Shown one piece after another: positions 43,605 to 46,435 of a DNA stretch of 46,435 nt; within the stretch, counting starts at the first letter, position 1, and every line of letters begins with the position of its first letter. A program made the translations under genes and the position numbers. Source of the stretch: Flavobacteriales bacterium (lineage in GTDB: Bacteria; Bacteroidota; Bacteroidia; Flavobacteriales_D; Parvicellaceae); the NCBI GenBank assembly GCA_024635865.1, contig JAGXIB010000086.1, positions 1 through 46,435 of the forward strand, read 5' to 3'. Below the pieces are notes generated by a model, which was given only the letters and a program-made list of their open reading frames with translations, had not been told where the DNA came from and made no database searches.

Positions 43605-46435
43605 ATGGATAAGTTAATCAATATACTAGTATCAAGTAGAATGATGTCGTTTTTATTGCTTGCATTTGCTGCTGCTATAGGAATAGGAACATTTGTAGAG
43701 AACAGCTATGATACCATAACAGCTCGTTTGGTTATCTATAATGCGAACTGGTTCACTTTAATTATGATCTTGCTGATAATTAACTTTATTGGTAACATTA
43801 AACGCTACCGATTATTAAGAATGGAGAAATTAAGTATCTTAATGATTCACATTGGATTTATTGTCACCTTAGTTGGAGCAGGCGTCACTCGTTTTATTGG
43901 TTTTGAAGGAATAATGCCCATAAAAGAACTAGAAGATTCTAACTTAATGTACAGTTCGGAACCTTACCTTCAAGTTTATGTAACCGATGAGGTAAAACAA
44001 TATAAATCTGATCAACAGCTATTCTTTTCTGAATTATTCAGTGATTCAGATCGTCCATTTTACAGTAACTACTTCACTATTCCTGTAGACTTTCCTAACA
44101 AAGGGCATTTTGATCTTACTTATAAAGATTACATTAAAAATGCTGAAGAAACGATGCTAGAAGACCAAGAAAATGGCAAGAATCTTTTGGAAATCGTAGT
44201 AGCAGGTAAAAACGGAAGAGAAACTTACTACTTAGAAGATGGTGAAATAAAAAAAATAGGAACAGTCTCTATTGCCTACAATAACAATACAGAACCAACT
44301 GCTATAAAAATAAATGATTTAGCAGAACAGTTAACGATATTGACTCCCTACATGATTCAACGAACAGCTATGCCTCAAATGTCTGTTGATACTTTATATT
44401 CGGATACCGTTCAGGAATTTAAGCCTATGCACCTTCACAATGTTTTAGGAACTCAATTTGTGTTTAAAAAACAATACATAAAAGCCATTAAAAAATTAGA
44501 ACAAAGTAAAGACGACAAAGCAGGAAACTTGGATGCGCTCTTACTTACATTAAACTATAATGGAGTAGAAAAAGAGATTACAATTATGGGAGGACCAGGA
44601 AGGACTCCTAATTTTGTAAAATTTGAAGAAAATGGTCTTTTATTTAATATTGCTTATGGGGCAAAGCCTATCTTCTTACCATTTTCTATCTATTTAAACG
44701 ACTTTATTTTAGATCGATACCCAGGATCGAATAGTCCATCTTCTTATAAAAGTATAGTCACATTAAATGATTCGACTGCTAATATTCATAAAGAGCAAGA
44801 AATTTTCATGAATAACGTAATGGATTATAAAGGATATCGCTTCTTCCAATCTTCTTATGAACCAGACGAGTCGGGAACTATTCTTTCTGTAAATAATGAC
44901 TATTGGGGAACATTGATTACCTATATTGGATATACGATATTGGCAATTAGTTTTATGTTTACCTTGTTTAATAAAACTTCTCGTTTTGTAGAGTTAAGAA
45001 AAAAAATGGGAAAAATAAGAAAGAAGAGAAAGTCTGCAGCTTTAAGTTTACTATTTGCTCTAATTACTTTAACTAGTTTTTCTCAAACTGAAAATGTAAA
45101 TGTAATCCCAATAGAAAAAGCGAATGAATTTGGAGAATTACTTGTTCAGACACGAGAAGGAAGAATTCAACCCGTTCATACCTTGGCGTATGACATATTA
45201 CATAAAATATCTAAACAAAATAACGTAAGAGCAGAAGGTAAATCATACACTGCCATGCAAGTTTATTTAGACCTACACATACATCCAAGATTTTGGGCGC
45301 ACCAACCGCTAATAAATGTTAGAGCCAATACAGGGGTAAGAGAATTACTAGGGATAGAAGGGTCAAGAGCTCGTTTAATTGACTTTTATAATGAAGAAAA
45401 TCAATACAAAATTCTAAACGAGATAATGAAAAGCTCTAGAAAAAAACCAGCTGAGCAATCGGTCTTTGATAAAGAATTAATCAAAGTAGACGAGCGTTTT
45501 AACATCGCTATGCTAGCCATTGAATCTGGATTTTTAAATGTTTTTCCAATTAAAGGAGATGAGAACAATAAATGGTTAAACCCTAAAGATTCTTTAGCTT
45601 ATGAAATGATTGTAGACCCTACAGTTCCATTTCTTTCCTACCCTCTTCTAATGAATATGTATTTAGATTCTTTACCAAATTCAATTAATCAAAACAACTA
45701 CAAAACGACTGACGGAATACTAAAGCAATTGAAGAAATTTCAAAATGAGGCAGCCGACCCTTCTATTATCCCTTCTGAGACTGCTGTTTCTTTAGAAATG
45801 TATTATAATGACAAAGATATTTTCGGGAATTTAAAATATGGATATCTTATTGTAGGAACTCTTTTACTTTTATTTGGAATGATTGATAATCTTTCAAGCA
45901 AAACAAAATTATGGGCTACTTACTTAAATTATGTACTTGCATCGATTTTAATATTTTTATTTCTCTATCATACTTTTGGAATGGGAATGAGGTGGTATTT
46001 AACTGGTCACGCTCCTTGGAGTAATGGTTATGAAGCATTAGTCTTAATTGCTTGGGGAGGATTGTTTGCTGGAATGTTCTTTGTTCGTTCATCTAAAGTG
46101 ATCTTAGCTGCAACAGCATGGTTGGCCTTCTTTGTCTTAATGACAGCAGGACATAGTAACTTTGACCCCCAATTAACCGACTTACAGCCAGTATTAAAAT
46201 CGTATTGGTTAAACATACACGTTGCTTGTATAACGATTAGTTATGGTTTCTTTGGTCTAGGGTTTATTCTTGGATTAATCAACATGATTGTTTACTTACT
46301 AAAGAATTCTAATAATCAAAAACGTTATAAATTAAACATTTCAGAACTAACTTATACGAGCGAAATGACGCTTACTACTGGTTTAGTATTAGCAACTATC
46401 GGAACCTTTTTAGGAGGTGTTTGGGCCAACGAATC
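43605..46435 (+). CDS. ccsBA: Cytochrome c biogenesis System II fusion protein CcsB(ResB)-CcsA, 5' 943 codons (runs off the window end)
   Basis: Absent from the ORF track. I translated 43605 to 46435 by hand and found no stop. The ResB-like part has LNDFILDRYPGSNSPSSYKSIVTL...YKGYRFFQSSYEPDESG. The CcsA-like part has HAPWSNGYEALVLIAWG and ends inside the Trp-rich WWD motif (GGVWANE...). Confidence 0.9.
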   Translation, partial: MDKLINILVSSRMMSFLLLAFAAAIGIGTFVENSYDTITARLVIYNANWFTLIMILLIINFIGNIKRYRLLRMEKLSILMIHIGFIVTLVGAGVTRFIGFEGIMPIKELEDSNLMYSSEPYLQVYVTDEVKQYKSDQQLFFSELFSDSDRPFYSNYFTIPVDFPNKGHFDLTYKDYIKNAEETMLEDQENGKNLLEIVVAGKNGRETYYLEDGEIKKIGTVSIAYNNNTEPTAIKINDLAEQLTILTPYMIQRTAMPQMSVDTLYSDTVQEFKPMHLHNVLGTQFVFKKQYIKAIKKLEQSKDDKAGNLDALLLTLNYNGVEKEITIMGGPGRTPNFVKFEENGLLFNIAYGAKPIFLPFSIYLNDFILDRYPGSNSPSSYKSIVTLNDSTANIHKEQEIFMNNVMDYKGYRFFQSSYEPDESGTILSVNNDYWGTLITYIGYTILAISFMFTLFNKTSRFVELRKKMGKIRKKRKSAALSLLFALITLTSFSQTENVNVIPIEKANEFGELLVQTREGRIQPVHTLAYDILHKISKQNNVRAEGKSYTAMQVYLDLHIHPRFWAHQPLINVRANTGVRELLGIEGSRARLIDFYNEENQYKILNEIMKSSRKKPAEQSVFDKELIKVDERFNIAMLAIESGFLNVFPIKGDENNKWLNPKDSLAYEMIVDPTVPFLSYPLLMNMYLDSLPNSINQNNYKTTDGILKQLKKFQNEAADPSIIPSETAVSLEMYYNDKDIFGNLKYGYLIVGTLLLLFGMIDNLSSKTKLWATYLNYVLASILIFLFLYHTFGMGMRWYLTGHAPWSNGYEALVLIAWGGLFAGMFFVRSSKVILAATAWLAFFVLMTAGHSNFDPQLTDLQPVLKSYWLNIHVACITISYGFFGLGFILGLINMIVYLLKNSNNQKRYKLNISELTYTSEMTLTTGLVLATIGTFLGGVWANE

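Noticed and set aside
505-46216. Track ORFs lying antisense or out of frame inside larger, well-supported genes: 505..789, 1174..1374, 6965..7186, 7535..7723, 8032..8292, 9309..9497, 12777..13082, 14115..14315, 16571..16891, 18955..19212, 18966..19169, 20288..20578, 21911..22105, 24344..24568, 24977..25234, 25775..26026, 31520..31738, 33379..33624, 35832..36038, 38628..38822, 41368..41574, 41997..42245, 42401..42613 and 46028..46216.
   Set aside because: Each is fully or largely embedded in a longer ORF with clear family motifs on the other strand or frame. Their translations are low-complexity, Phe/Leu/Ser/Ile-rich shadow products typical of AT-rich DNA, and none has a recognisable motif.
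1-46435. A window-wide search for rRNA, tRNA, tmRNA, SRP RNA, CRISPR arrays, transposases/integrases, IS inverted repeats and prophage genes.
   Set aside because: Coding density is very high and the longest non-coding stretches are about 230 nt (7873-8101), 188 nt (4735-4922) and 175 nt (32563-32737). None shows tRNA-like GC-rich stems, regularly spaced direct repeats or mobile-element genes.

Overview
This is a low-GC chromosomal segment, about one-third G+C by eye. It has the hallmarks of a Flavobacteriia (Bacteroidota) genome: a long-form NusB, DUF1573 proteins, a fused CcsB-CcsA cytochrome c biogenesis protein, many SxC lipoprotein signals, TAnnTTTG-type boxes and several TAATG/ATGA coupled gene junctions. 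I count about 47 protein-coding genes. I found no rRNA, tRNA, CRISPR array, transposase or integrase. Most of the window is housekeeping: mazG, rpe, fmt, aroE, panE-like, rbfA, tsaE, ald-like, ridA, capD-like, pabA, thiH, ffh, ilvE, a two-gene RND pump, purC, phoH, dinB, an MsbA-like ABC exporter, Leu/Val dehydrogenase, nusB, yajC, coaE, feoA and ccsBA. Two edge-truncated genes are missing from the supplied ORF track and were read directly from the sequence: mazG (1..287, minus) and a ResB/CcsA fusion (43605..46435, plus). The best candidate for an undescribed system is a compact minus-strand four-gene cluster at 27003..30511. It encodes a small Cys-rich single-pass membrane protein, a ~300-aa outer-membrane beta-barrel, an MbnP-like lipoprotein and an MbnH/MauG-like di-haem peroxidase, with no TonB-dependent receptor. 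The beta-barrel's signal peptide sits in a different reading frame from its body. The MbnP-like and peroxidase lipoproteins share a ~25-residue Cys-bracketed N-terminal module. A third lipoprotein at 40693..41838, inserted into the nusB-DUF1573-yajC-coaE block, carries the same module. Other observations are lower-interest curiosities. All family assignments rest on motif recognition by eye; no database search was possible.
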